A stretch of DNA of 57,163 bases, taken from positions 1-57,163 of the forward strand of contig SVPT01000001.1 of assembly GCA_015065695.1 (NCBI GenBank), written 5' to 3'. The notes under the pieces are model-generated. The model saw only the letters and a program-made list of their open reading frames with translations. It was not told where the DNA came from and searched no databases. The stretch comes from Oscillospiraceae bacterium (GTDB lineage Bacteria > Bacillota > Clostridia > Oscillospirales > Acutalibacteraceae). The position numbers were made by a program, and so were the translations under genes. Position 1 is the stretch's first letter. Each line of letters starts with the position of its first letter. Shown here piece by piece: positions 1-9,740 of the stretch.

Positions 1-1596
1 CAGACCCTTCTCAACAGCGGGGAAGAAGTTCTTGGGAACGGAGCCGCCAACGACCTCTTCCGCGAACTCAAGACCCTCGGACTCACAGGGCTCGAAGCGG
101 ATGTAAACATCACCGAACTGGCCATGTCCACCGGACTGCTTCTTGTGACGACCCTGCTGCTCGACCTTCTTACGGATGGTCTCGCGGTATGCAACACGGG
201 GAGTCTCCAGAACGACATCAACGCTGAACTTGCTCTTGAGCTTGGAAACGATAACGTCGATGTGCTGGTCGCCCTGACCGCTGACGATCATCTGCTTGGT
301 CTCGGGATTCTGACCATAGGTGATGGAGGGATCCTCCTCGCTCAGTCTTGCCAGACCGCCGGCAATCTTCTCTTCCTCGCCCTTCTTGGCGGGGAGCATT
401 GCCATGGACAGCAGCGGGGTGGGATAATCTACGCCGCGCAGAGTGATCTGACGTGCGGGAGCGCAGAAGGTATCGCCGGTACGGGCGTTGTTCAGCTTGG
501 TAACGGCTGCAATATCACCGGCAGTGATGCAGGAGGTATCTTCCTGCTTCTTGCCGCGGACGATAACGATCTTACCGATCTTCTCCTGAGAACCGGTGCG
601 CATATTTACCAGAGGAGCATCGGAGGACATCTTGCCAGCGATGACCTTGAAGAAGCTCATCTTGCCGACGAAGGGGTCAGCAACGGTCTTGAATACGATG
701 GCTGCGGTGGGAGCATTCTCGTCAACAGCAATCTCGTCGCCCTCTTCGGTGACCTCGGGACGAGCGTCAACGGGAGAGGGAGCAAAGGCAGACAGACCGT
801 TAAGCAGCAGCTCAACGCCGTCCAGAGTCAGTGCAGCGCCGCAGTATACGGGAGCAATGTCACCATTGCGCACGCCGGCGATAAGACCCTTCTTCAGTTC
901 GTCCTGAGTGAAAGCCTCACCCTCGAAGAACTTCTCCATGAGAGCCTCGTCGGTCTCTGCAATGGCCTCGCTCAGTGCGTTCATCAGATCGTCCATCTGA
1001 TCCAGAGCGGGCATGGCAACAGCGGAAGCCTTGCCGTTCTTGTATGCATAAGCCTTCTGCTCGATAAGGTCTATGTAGCCGCCAACATTCTCGCCCTCAT
1101 AGAAAGGAACGACAACGGGGCAGACAGAGGGACCGAATGAATCGCGCAGTGCGTCAAATGCCTGATAGAAGTTGGAGCCTTCGGCGTCCAGCTTGTTGAT
1201 GAAGAAGAAGCGGGAACGTCCGGTGGTCAGAGCCAGCTTGTTGGCCTTCTCTGCACCAACCTCAACGCCGCCCTTGCCCGATACGACTATAACAACGCTC
1301 TCCGCGGCGCGGAAGCCTTCGTTGACACCGCCCACATAGTCGAACAGACCCGGTGCGTCCAGCAGGTTGATCTTCAGTCCGTCTCTCTCGATGGGTGCAA
1401 TGGCAGTGGCTATGGAAGTCTTGCGTCTGATTTCTTCGGGATCGAAGTCACAGACGGTGTTGCCGTCCGCGGTCTTGCCCAGACGGTCAGATGCGCCGGA
1501 CAGCCAGAGCATTGCCTCTGCAAGGGAGGTCTTACCGGAACCGCCGTGACCGGCGAGAACTATGTTCCTGATGGATTTCGCAGGATACTGTTTCAA
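1..1596 (-). CDS. EF-G family translational GTPase (C-terminal end runs off the window)
   Basis: Absent from the ORF track because it is open to the window edge. My minus-strand translation starts at TTG 1596 with KQYPAKSIRNIVLAGHGGSGKTSLAEAMLW (P-loop). Near 60-190 it reads TIRKKVEQQGRHKKQSGGHGQFGDVYIRFEP (EF-G domain IV motif). The + ORF 124..1140 is its antisense shadow. Confidence 0.85.
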   Translation of the reverse strand, partial: MKQYPAKSIRNIVLAGHGGSGKTSLAEAMLWLSGASDRLGKTADGNTVCDFDPEEIRRKTSIATAIAPIERDGLKINLLDAPGLFDYVGGVNEGFRAAESVVIVVSGKGGVEVGAEKANKLALTTGRSRFFFINKLDAEGSNFYQAFDALRDSFGPSVCPVVVPFYEGENVGGYIDLIEQKAYAYKNGKASAVAMPALDQMDDLMNALSEAIAETDEALMEKFFEGEAFTQDELKKGLIAGVRNGDIAPVYCGAALTLDGVELLLNGLSAFAPSPVDARPEVTEEGDEIAVDENAPTAAIVFKTVADPFVGKMSFFKVIAGKMSSDAPLVNMRTGSQEKIGKIVIVRGKKQEDTSCITAGDIAAVTKLNNARTGDTFCAPARQITLRGVDYPTPLLSMAMLPAKKGEEEKIAGGLARLSEEDPSITYGQNPETKQMIVSGQGDQHIDVIVSKLKSKFSVDVVLETPRVAYRETIRKKVEQQGRHKKQSGGHGQFGDVYIRFEPCESEGLEFAEEVVGGSVPKNFFPAVEKGL

Positions 1597-1805
1597 GTTT
1601 ATATTGCCCCTTTCGTAACGATACCGCCGCTGCGGTATCTGTTGTCTTTTTGCACAACGATGCAGTAATAATATACATTTACTTTATCGCAGTCAACTCT
1701 TTAATTATAACTTATGCTTTATCTGATTGCAATATCTAGTTTACTTCACAAATAGAATTTACACGCTCTATTTTGTGCATTTTCTCCGACTCCCGAAACA
1801 TTTTG

Positions 1806-2798
1806 TTAACAATTTGCTGTATTGACGTTGTATGAAAAGCTGCGTTCCTCTGTATATTCCATAAATTCACGCAGCACGCGGGCAGTGCGTCCTTCTGCGG
1901 TGCCGTCGTCACGCTCACCCTCAGGGCGGCGCAGAATACGCAGGAAGGCATCAAACATTCCGCCGCAGTCCCGCTCGGCAATGTCGGCAAGCTGATAGAT
2001 GTCCTCGGTGCCGCTCTGTGCGGCGTCCATGGGGTTGACCCACCGTCCGTGGTTCATGTTGCCGTAGTCCCAGCGCAGGCTTTCGGTCAGGGGACGCATA
2101 TACGCGCTGACCATGCCGGTGTTCTTGCCGAAGAGCCGCTCGGCAGCCCTGAATATGGGCAGTCTTATCGTGCTGCGGTTGTCCAGCACGCGGAAGCACT
2201 GAAGGGTGTCGGAATAGAGCAGGTCGGCGTACTTATCCTCCAGCCGCATACCGTACATATCTATCAGCACCCTGCTCCACACCATTGCAAGCACATCCCT
2301 GATGCCGCTGCCCTCGGGCAGACAGTCGGTCAGTTTCATGTCCAGAAGCAGCCTGCCTGTGTCGTGGCGCAGCAGCATAACGTCCAGCATGGACTCAATC
2401 TCCCCGTGGTAGCTGAATTTCCCGCCTCTGGGGTCGGATTTCTTCATCTGCTTCTCCAGCCAGTTGACATAGGGGTGGGCTGTGCGGTCAAAGCAGTAGT
2501 GGCAGCACACACCCAGCGCGTAGCTGAGTATCTTGTTGTAATACTCGCCGCCGCATCTGTCCAGCAGCCCCACAATGGAGGTAAACAGCTTCGACGGGCT
2601 GTCATCGTGTATCCTGCTGCCGGTTTCCCTCATCTTGGGGCCCTTCATCCACGGCATCAGCCGCAGAAAGAACAGCACATCGGGGCCCTGACAGCCCCAA
2701 AGGAAGCAGGTTTCGTCAAGCTGTGCCATGTCCTCCCGCTTTTTCAGCAGGGGCAGCACACGCTTGCCAAGCAGCCAATGACTTACTAATGCAGGCAT
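1806..2798 (-). CDS. zinc-dependent phospholipase C-like family protein (putative)
   Basis: ORF 1806..2807. The N-terminus MPALVSHWLLG and several His/Asp-rich blocks resemble the clostridial Zn-dependent PLC-like family. ATG at 2798 lies 7 nt after GAGGTG. The product call is from memory of the family only. Confidence 0.55.
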   Translation of the reverse strand: MPALVSHWLLGKRVLPLLKKREDMAQLDETCFLWGCQGPDVLFFLRLMPWMKGPKMRETGSRIHDDSPSKLFTSIVGLLDRCGGEYYNKILSYALGVCCHYCFDRTAHPYVNWLEKQMKKSDPRGGKFSYHGEIESMLDVMLLRHDTGRLLLDMKLTDCLPEGSGIRDVLAMVWSRVLIDMYGMRLEDKYADLLYSDTLQCFRVLDNRSTIRLPIFRAAERLFGKNTGMVSAYMRPLTESLRWDYGNMNHGRWVNPMDAAQSGTEDIYQLADIAERDCGGMFDAFLRILRRPEGERDDGTAEGRTARVLREFMEYTEERSFSYNVNTANC

Positions 2799-2889
2799 AC
2801 TGCGCACCTCTTTAATCAGTTTCGGTTATCTGCCGCTGCGCAGCTAACCACTGTAATCACCGTAATATAGTTTGCCGATGCAGGCTGTT

Positions 2890-5004
2890 CTATTCCTTTC
2901 TTCTGGGAACGACCTGCACCCTCGGCACAGTGTTTCTTTCGGCAAACCGACGGATTGCGCCCTCCAGCCCTTTGTCCTCTGCCGGCTGCTGTGCGGTCAT
3001 CGGCTCATCGGTGATGACCTCCTGCGCCTCCGCAGTGTGCGGGGCGGTTTCCTCTGCGGTCTTTTCCTCCTCTGCCAAAACAGCTTCGGCAGTCTCTGCG
3101 GTCATTGCGGGGGCGGCTTCCGCGCTCTCCGCGGCGGTATCCTTGCGCAGTGCCGCCATCAGGCTTGCAAGCAGACCCTTTCTGTGGGGGTGGCGGTTCT
3201 TTCTGTGGGAGGGCTTCTCCTCCTGCGAGGGAATCTCCTCTGCGGAAACGACCTCCAGCTCCTCCACCGCCTCAAGCATGATGACCGGCTGCTCAGGCTG
3301 CTCGGCTGCTATGGGCTGTACGGGAACGGAGCGTCCCTTGAACTTCCTTGCGGTGGGGGCTGCCTGCTCCTCCGCGCCCGACTGCTGCTCATCGCTTATG
3401 ACCGACAGGGCTATATCACGCACAAGCTGCTCAAGCTGCTGCGGGCTTCCCACAGAGCGGGGCAGGCGCTCGTCCAGACGGCGCTGACGGCTGAAGTGGG
3501 TCACATGGTTGGGTGTGCTGTCCTCCACCACAGGGCGGACTATACTGCGCTCGATGGGCTTGACGCGCACGCCCGAACGCTGCTGACGGCGCACCAGCAC
3601 CGAAACAACGCTCTGGCGGCTTTCGCCAAAGTTATTTATGGTTTCAAATTCCAGCGGCTCCTGTCCGGAGCTGTTCTCTTCGCCAGTTTCCTGATTCTCA
3701 GCTTCCTGTTTTTCCTCTGCCGCCGCTTCCTCAGCCTCGGTTTTCTCCTGCTCTGCGGCAGGTGCGGGCTGCGGTGCGGCATTTATGGGCAGATAGGTTA
3801 TGGTAGGGCTGCCGTCGGTTTTCTGTGCAAGGGGAACGTAGATAATGGCGGCGCCGCCCTCCACCATGGGAATCTGCGGCAGCGTGCTGCCGTCGGGCAG
3901 GGTGATGAGAATGGGTGCCGCCGCAGGCTGTTCTGCGGTTTTTTCGGCAGTCTCGGCTTCTGCGGCAGTGTTTTCCTCTGCCTCTGCCGTATCCTCCGCA
4001 GGCTCCTCCTCGGGAGCCTCCGGTGTAATCACAATGTCGGTCTTGGGCTCAATTTGCGGCTCGGGGAATGCATCGTCATAGGCAGCCAGCTCCTCTGCGG
4101 TGGGCGGGGGCAGGGGCTGCTCACTGTACCACTTGGCGTCCAGTGCCATAGGCGGCGCGATATGTACGCCCGACCCCTGCTCCTGAGGGAAGGCGTAGCT
4201 GTGCGCCTCGATGATCTCCGACTGGCGGCTGACCGCCTTGTCTATCATATCCATGACCTCGTCATATTCCAGATCCTGATGGCTCTTTGCCGCACGGACG
4301 GTGCCGAGGGGAATATATACGCGATCGTCCTTCTCCGGCTGAATGTAGCCGGGCTGGTTGGGATAGCGTTCCGAATCGTCTGCGGGAGAGATTGCCTCCG
4401 CAGCCTCTTCCGTCTGTTGCTCCGGCTGCTCTTCGGTCTGCTCCGCCTCCTGCTGACCGCTCCCGTCAGAACCGATGATGCTCTCCAGCGAGCGGTATTC
4501 CTCGTCCATATTCTGTGCCGCCAGCTCCTCTGCGGTCATCTCACGCAGGGCGAGCTTCTTCTCCGGCCACGGGCCACGGCATCGCTCAAGCTGCTCGGAG
4601 CTGTAGGTGTACAGCCAGAATGCGGCATCCGAGCCGGGGTTGTAGCTGATGCAGTCGGGCACCGAGCGGGCAAAAAGGCTGTTGTCAAAGCGGCAGTCGT
4701 CAAGGGAAACGACGATGCGCAGCAGCGGGCTTTTCAGCACCGCAAGCATCTCCGGCTCGCCCCGACGGATAAGCTCCAGCATGGAGCGGGACATAAACAG
4801 CACCACGCAGGCACTGGAGGAGAGCCGCTGCACCGAGCGGAAATTGCTGCCGCTGACGCCACCCGCTCTGGCGCACCAGACACGGAAGCCCTCGTTGTAC
4901 ATACGGGCAAGTATGGGAAAAGCGAGGGTCTCATCGTCCTCGGTATAGCAGGCATAGAAAAAGGGCAGGTTACCCTCGTAAAGCGGAATAGTCTGGTGGA
5001 GCAT
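2890..5004 (-). CDS. TIR-like domain protein with a long acidic low-complexity C-terminal region
   Basis: The N-terminus LPFFYACYTEDDETLAFPILARMYNEGFRVW is parallel to the two TIR starts of the 19383 gene (PYIFISYAHDDKDKVFPIIKRIYEKGWHVW and PYVYCSYAHENADLVYPIMKRLHDDGFSIRY). The remaining ~550 aa are E/A/P/Q-rich. Confidence 0.6.
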   Translation of the reverse strand: MLHQTIPLYEGNLPFFYACYTEDDETLAFPILARMYNEGFRVWCARAGGVSGSNFRSVQRLSSSACVVLFMSRSMLELIRRGEPEMLAVLKSPLLRIVVSLDDCRFDNSLFARSVPDCISYNPGSDAAFWLYTYSSEQLERCRGPWPEKKLALREMTAEELAAQNMDEEYRSLESIIGSDGSGQQEAEQTEEQPEQQTEEAAEAISPADDSERYPNQPGYIQPEKDDRVYIPLGTVRAAKSHQDLEYDEVMDMIDKAVSRQSEIIEAHSYAFPQEQGSGVHIAPPMALDAKWYSEQPLPPPTAEELAAYDDAFPEPQIEPKTDIVITPEAPEEEPAEDTAEAEENTAAEAETAEKTAEQPAAAPILITLPDGSTLPQIPMVEGGAAIIYVPLAQKTDGSPTITYLPINAAPQPAPAAEQEKTEAEEAAAEEKQEAENQETGEENSSGQEPLEFETINNFGESRQSVVSVLVRRQQRSGVRVKPIERSIVRPVVEDSTPNHVTHFSRQRRLDERLPRSVGSPQQLEQLVRDIALSVISDEQQSGAEEQAAPTARKFKGRSVPVQPIAAEQPEQPVIMLEAVEELEVVSAEEIPSQEEKPSHRKNRHPHRKGLLASLMAALRKDTAAESAEAAPAMTAETAEAVLAEEEKTAEETAPHTAEAQEVITDEPMTAQQPAEDKGLEGAIRRFAERNTVPRVQVVPRRKE

Positions 5005-5245
5005 ATCTGCACGACCCGCAAGCGGTGCGGGTCTTCCTCCTTAACGGTTGGTGCGGCACTTTTCGTGCCGATTTCGTACCGATTATTATATCACGAAGTT
5101 TTCCAAAATTGATAAACGATTTGTGAACGACTTAGGGTATTATCCCCACTTTTTCTTTCCTGTTTTTTCTGTTGATTTATTACGGCAAGCTGCTTTCCCT
5201 GCCGGAGAAAAAGCCTGCACGCATCGGGCAAAATGCAAAATAATA

Positions 5246-5287
5246 CGCCCGCACCCTTGTTGTCGCGGGTGCGGGCGTGGTTTTTTC
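5246..5287. terminator. GC-rich hairpin between recX end and TIR-like gene start, U-tracts on both sides
   Basis: CGCCCGCACCC (5246-5256) pairs with GGGTGCGGGCG (5267-5277). TTTTTT follows on the + strand and TATTATTTTGCATTT follows on the - strand. Confidence 0.55.
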
Positions 5288-5311
5288 ATTTTTCCATACT
5301 ATCCTCGGGCG

Positions 5312-5923
5312 TTACTCCTGCCCCTCACGGCGGCGTATGGCGGCGTGTATGTCCGCCGGGTCGTAGCCGTAGCGGTTGAGGGTCATTGCGCAGCGGCGGC
5401 GGCCACTGTCGGTGTCAAGCTCATCGCCCAGCCGTCCCTCCAGCAGAAGGGAGAGGGTCTCTGCGGTGTCGGGTGCAAGGCGGTGCGCCGTTTCCTCCGC
5501 AAGCTCGCGGCTTATGCCCTTGTTGATAAGCTCGTGGGAAACCCTGCGAGGGGCATATTTCTTGACACGGTACAGCTCCTCGGCATACATCTCGGCGTAG
5601 CGGCTGTCGCTGACAAAGCCCAGCGTTTCCATCTCGGCAATAACATACTCACACGCCTCCCGGGAAAAGCCCGCGTCGCCCAGCTTCCTGCGCAGACCGG
5701 CACAGCACATCTCCCGCACAGCCACCAGCTTGAGCGACTTGCTCCGTGCCCTGCGGCACTCCGACTGGTACGCCAGCTCCGCCAGACGCTCGGGCGTTAC
5801 GCTGAAGCCCTGCGCCACGTCTGCCGCCTGCTCCAGCGTGCGAATGTCCACATCGGCACTGCCCTCGTCGGTCTCAACGGTGTAAAGGTCGCCCTTTTTT
5901 CTTTTTATCGCTGTTATAGTCAT
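5312..5923 (-). CDS. recX: recombination regulator RecX
   Basis: Lies immediately downstream of recA. It has RecX-like three-repeat helical content (FSREACEYVIAEMETLGFVSDSRYAEMYAEE...). Start MTITAIKRKKG sits 5 nt after the recA stop; the alternative start is 5944. Confidence 0.8.
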   Translation of the reverse strand: MTITAIKRKKGDLYTVETDEGSADVDIRTLEQAADVAQGFSVTPERLAELAYQSECRRARSKSLKLVAVREMCCAGLRRKLGDAGFSREACEYVIAEMETLGFVSDSRYAEMYAEELYRVKKYAPRRVSHELINKGISRELAEETAHRLAPDTAETLSLLLEGRLGDELDTDSGRRRCAMTLNRYGYDPADIHAAIRRREGQE

Positions 5924-5930
5924 AGCTCTC

Positions 5931-7136
5931 TCATTCCACATCAATATTTATATCTGCCGGCAGCTCAATCTCTATCTCCATGTCGTCCGACATACCGATA
6001 GCCTCGCCGGCGGGGGAAAGGTCAAAATCAAGGGGAATATCATCGTCCAGCACCACAGCGGGGCCCATGCTCTCCTGCCCTGCGGGCTTGGCGAGCTTTA
6101 CGGCATTCTCACGGATCTTCGCCTCAATCTCTGCCGCAATGTCAGGGTTGTCGGCAAGGAACTGGCGGGCATTGTCCCTGCCCTGTCCCAGCTTGCTGCC
6201 GTTGTAGCTGAACCACGCGCCGCTCTTCTGGACAATCTCCAGCGACACAGCCGCATCGAGCAGCTCACCCACACGGCTGATGCCCTTGCCGTAGATGATG
6301 TCGAAGTAAGCCTCACGGAAGGGGGGCGCAACCTTGTTCTTTGCCACCTTTGCGCGGGTACGCGCGCCGATGGTCTCGCTGCCCTGCTTGATGACCTCGT
6401 CCTTGCGCACCTCGATGCGCACCGAGGCGGCATATTTCAGCGCGCGACCGCCTGTGGTGACCTCAGGGCTGCCGTACATTACGCCGATCTTTTCGCGGAA
6501 CTGGTTGATGAAGATGGCGATGCACTTGGTCTTGCCCACAATACCGGTCAGCTTGCGCATGGCCTGGCTCATCAGACGTGCCAGCATACCCACCGAGGAT
6601 TCGCCCATGGCGCGGTCAATCTCCGCACGGGGGGTCAGTGCCGCAACCGAGTCAACGACAATCATATCCAGCGCACCGGAGCGCACCAGTGCCTCGGTTA
6701 TCTCCAGTGCATCGTCACCGGAGTCGGGCTGGGAAACCAGCAGTGTATCTATATTGACACCCAGAGCGGCGGCATATACCGGGTCGAGAGCGTGCTCAAC
6801 GTCCACGAATGCCACCTCGCCGCCCAGCTTCTGCGCCTCTGCGATGCAGTGCAGTGCCAGCGTTGTCTTACCGGAGGATTCCGGTCCGTATATCTCAACA
6901 ATGCGTCCGCGGGGCAAACCGCCAACGCCCAGAGCAATATCCAGCCCCATGGAGCCGGTGGAGATGACGTCCACATTCAGCGCAGACTGCTCTCCGAGGC
7001 GCATGACCGCACCCTTGCCAAACTGCTTCTCAATGGCGGAAAGAGCCGTGTCCAGTGCCTTTTTCTTCGCGTCCTGACCCACCGTCTCTGCGCCCTTTGC
7101 CGCAGCCGACTTAGGCGCACCCTTCTTTGCTGCCAT
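5931..7136 (-). CDS. recA: recombinase RecA
   Basis: [19 protein letters not shown] (Walker A), [20 protein letters not shown] and [32 protein letters not shown] are all canonical RecA blocks. Confidence 0.97.
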   Translation of the reverse strand: MAAKKGAPKSAAAKGAETVGQDAKKKALDTALSAIEKQFGKGAVMRLGEQSALNVDVISTGSMGLDIALGVGGLPRGRIVEIYGPESSGKTTLALHCIAEAQKLGGEVAFVDVEHALDPVYAAALGVNIDTLLVSQPDSGDDALEITEALVRSGALDMIVVDSVAALTPRAEIDRAMGESSVGMLARLMSQAMRKLTGIVGKTKCIAIFINQFREKIGVMYGSPEVTTGGRALKYAASVRIEVRKDEVIKQGSETIGARTRAKVAKNKVAPPFREAYFDIIYGKGISRVGELLDAAVSLEIVQKSGAWFSYNGSKLGQGRDNARQFLADNPDIAAEIEAKIRENAVKLAKPAGQESMGPAVVLDDDIPLDFDLSPAGEAIGMSDDMEIEIELPADINIDVE

Positions 7137-7189
7137 GCCTGAACCTCCGTTTTACATATGGTTTTTACACTTGCCTGTGTCCTTTTAGA

Positions 7190-7218
7190 ATTATATACTG
7201 CTTTGCCCGCAAGTACAA
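7190..7218 (-). promoter_or_regulatory. candidate sigma-A promoter of recA
   Basis: On the minus strand: TTGTAC (7218-7213), a 17-nt spacer, then TATAAT (7195-7190), about 55 nt upstream of the recA ATG. Confidence 0.4.
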
Positions 7219-7239
7219 GTGTGTTCAATATTTCTTTTC

Positions 7240-8145
7240 TTAAGATTTTGCGCCATCAGTACCATAAATCGCCCTGATAACCCCGTTAAAGTCGGTCTTT
7301 TGGTGGGGATTCATGGCAAGTTCTCGAACGTATATTCGCTCCACATCGCACTCCTGACCTGCGCCTATCTCCACCGCAAGCAGTCCTCCCTCACGCAGAA
7401 GCGGTGCCCAGTTACGGGCGATTGCGCGGTAGAAACACAGCCCGTCCTCGCCGCCGTCCAGTGCCATGCGGGGCTCCTGCCGCACCTCGCGTGCCAGACC
7501 ATCAATGTCCCCTGCGGGAATGTAGGGCGGGTTGGAACATATCACGTCAAGGCCCCTCGGAAAATCCTGCGGCGGCGGCGCAAGCACGTCCAGCTCCACG
7601 ATTTCTGTGCGTCCATCGCCCCAGCGGGCGGTGTTGCGACGCAGCCATGGCAGTGCGTCCTTGGAATACTCAACAAAGGTGCAGCTTACATTGGGGAAAG
7701 CACGCACTGCCGCAAGCCCCACCGCGCCGCTTCCCGCGCACAGGTCAAGCACCCTGACGGGTCGGGGCGGCTGCCCGCCTGAGCCCTTTGCATTTTCTTC
7801 CAATAGGCGGGATATATGTTCACAGACCACTTCCACAAGGGCGGCGGTGTCCTCTCTGGGGACAAGCACGCCCTCGCCTACCGCCAGCGGCATTCCGCAG
7901 AATTCCCACTCGCCCAGTATGTACTGCAGGGGGCGGTGGGAACGCTGCTCCAGTGCAGCCAAAAAGCCGGCGACCGCGTCCTTTTGGGGGACACTGTCGC
8001 CTCTGGCAGTAATATCAATGCGTCCGCCAATGCCCAGAAAGTGCTGACACAGCAGCAGTGCCTCGTGGTCGGGGGCATCAACGGGGAGGGCGGCGAGGGT
8101 GCGCCGCCCGTAGTCGTAAAGCTGTCGGAGGGTCATGGCACTCAT
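7240..8145 (-). CDS. prmC: peptide chain release factor N5-glutamine methyltransferase
   Basis: VLDLCAGSGAVGLA (SAM-binding motif) and ICSNPPYIP (NPPY catalytic motif). The ATG at 8145 overlaps the upstream stop as ATGA. Confidence 0.9.
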   Translation of the reverse strand: MSAMTLRQLYDYGRRTLAALPVDAPDHEALLLCQHFLGIGGRIDITARGDSVPQKDAVAGFLAALEQRSHRPLQYILGEWEFCGMPLAVGEGVLVPREDTAALVEVVCEHISRLLEENAKGSGGQPPRPVRVLDLCAGSGAVGLAAVRAFPNVSCTFVEYSKDALPWLRRNTARWGDGRTEIVELDVLAPPPQDFPRGLDVICSNPPYIPAGDIDGLAREVRQEPRMALDGGEDGLCFYRAIARNWAPLLREGGLLAVEIGAGQECDVERIYVRELAMNPHQKTDFNGVIRAIYGTDGAKS

Positions 8146-9584
8146 GCCATATCCTCGCCGTTTTCGGGGATTACCGGCTTGAGAGCAGCGATGGCGCACT
8201 CAATCTGGTCATCGGTGGGCTCTTTGGTGGTGATTCTCTGCATCCATATACCGGGTGCGGAAATGATGCGGGTGACGATGTTGTCGTGCTTGCCGGCAAA
8301 CTTCAGCAGCTCATAGCCCACGCCCATGATGAGGGGGATAAGTGCCAGCTTGATGAGGGGATACCACAGGCGGCTGTCGGCTATCTGCTGAGGCAGCACA
8401 GCCTTTGCCGCAACACCTGCCGCAATGCCCACAAGCATCATCAGAATGAGGAAGCTGGTGCCGCAGCGGGGGTGGAAACGCTTGTATTTGCGCACATTCT
8501 CCACCGTCAGCTCTTCGCCTGCCTCATAGCAGAAGATGGTCTTATGCTCCGCACCGTGGTACTGGAAAAGACGCTTGATTTCCTTCATCATGGAGCAGAG
8601 GGCGAAATATACAATAAATATAGCCAGCTTGACGATACCCTCAAAGATGGGACGCCATACAGTGCTGTTTTCCACAATGCGCTGCACAGTGTCCTCCGGC
8701 AGTATCTGCGGGAAGAGCCAGTTTATCATACCGTCAACCAACCATGTGGGCAGGAATATGAACAGCAGAATGGCAAGACCGAAGCCCAGCAGGGTGGAGC
8801 AGAAGAGCAGGAATCCGTTGTCGCTCTCTGCGCTCTCTGCGCCGCTGCGCTTTGCCGCACGCTTCTCGGCGCGCTTGTCAGCCTGCTTGCGCAGCTTCTC
8901 CGCTTTCTTGGGATTGCGCGCTGCCACCTTTTCTATTTTTGCATCTTCCTTGGCTCTGATGGCGGCTTCTTTGGCATCAGCCTTTGCCTTCCTTGCAGCC
9001 TCCTTGGCGGCTTCCTTTTCCCTTATGGCGGCCAGCTTTGCATCAAGCTTTGCCTGCTTCTTTTCCTTTCTGGTCAGCTTCGCAGGCTTTTCAGCCGGCT
9101 TTTCGGGGGCGGGTTGAGGGGCTTCTTTTACCGTCTCGGCTGCACTTTCCGCATTTTCCTCCGCAGGAACATCATTTCCGCAGCACACTTCCGCATTTTC
9201 ATTGTTATTCACGCATTCGCACACAGCAGCTTCTGCGGCAGCTTCACCTTCTGCGGCTGCTTCGGGAGCAGCCTCGGGAGCAGCTTCCGTATAATCAGGT
9301 ACCTTGGCACCCTCCGCAGCCATCTCGTCCTCTATGGCGATGTCCGCGGAGCGCATCAGCGTCCTTGTACCCATGGTCATGGACTGCACAAAGGCAACCA
9401 CACCGCGTATGATGGGTATTTTATTCCACACTGTGGTCTTGCTCTGTTTTACGTCCTCAAGCTGCAGTGAGCCATCGGCACGGCGCACACACATGACTGT
9501 CTTGTGCGGACCCCGCATCATTATGCCTTCCATCAGTGCCTGTCCGCCGATGGACGTATATTTCTTCTTTTCCTTTTTTGCCAT
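8142..9584 (-). CDS. DUF1385-family membrane protein with a K/A/E-rich insertion
   Basis: N-terminus YTSIGGQALMEGIMMRGP, plus YHGAEHKTI and RFHPRCGTSF, typical of DUF1385 proteins that precede prmC in Firmicutes. It carries a ~170-aa low-complexity insert. Confidence 0.8.
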   Translation of the reverse strand: MAKKEKKKYTSIGGQALMEGIMMRGPHKTVMCVRRADGSLQLEDVKQSKTTVWNKIPIIRGVVAFVQSMTMGTRTLMRSADIAIEDEMAAEGAKVPDYTEAAPEAAPEAAAEGEAAAEAAVCECVNNNENAEVCCGNDVPAEENAESAAETVKEAPQPAPEKPAEKPAKLTRKEKKQAKLDAKLAAIREKEAAKEAARKAKADAKEAAIRAKEDAKIEKVAARNPKKAEKLRKQADKRAEKRAAKRSGAESAESDNGFLLFCSTLLGFGLAILLFIFLPTWLVDGMINWLFPQILPEDTVQRIVENSTVWRPIFEGIVKLAIFIVYFALCSMMKEIKRLFQYHGAEHKTIFCYEAGEELTVENVRKYKRFHPRCGTSFLILMMLVGIAAGVAAKAVLPQQIADSRLWYPLIKLALIPLIMGVGYELLKFAGKHDNIVTRIISAPGIWMQRITTKEPTDDQIECAIAALKPVIPENGEDMA

Positions 9585-9740
9585 TGGAATCCTCCTGAAT
9601 TTTTTGCTGTTCGATTTACCTTATCATATATGGCTTGTCATTCTGAATATTCAGCCATAAACGGCGGCGGGAATCGTATTCCCGATTAGTATTCACCCGC
9701 CGCAGGTGGGTATGTCCCGCACAGTGGGGAAGAGGCGCGA

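Noticed and set aside
124-1140. 338-aa plus-strand ORF at the window start
   Set aside because: It is antisense to an unmistakable EF-G-family gene (P-loop and domain IV motifs on the minus strand), and its own translation is low-complexity.
2872-5112. 746-aa plus-strand ORF overlapping the 704-aa minus-strand ORF
   Set aside because: The translation is Leu/Arg/Gly/Cys-rich nonsense typical of an antisense shadow in GC-rich DNA. The minus-strand product has a recognisable TIR-like N-terminus.
7213-7226. Possible LexA (Cheo-type) SOS box upstream of recA
   Set aside because: On the minus strand the sequence is GAACACACTTGTAC, which does not fit GAAC-N4-GTTC. It overlaps the candidate -35 element but is too degenerate to call.
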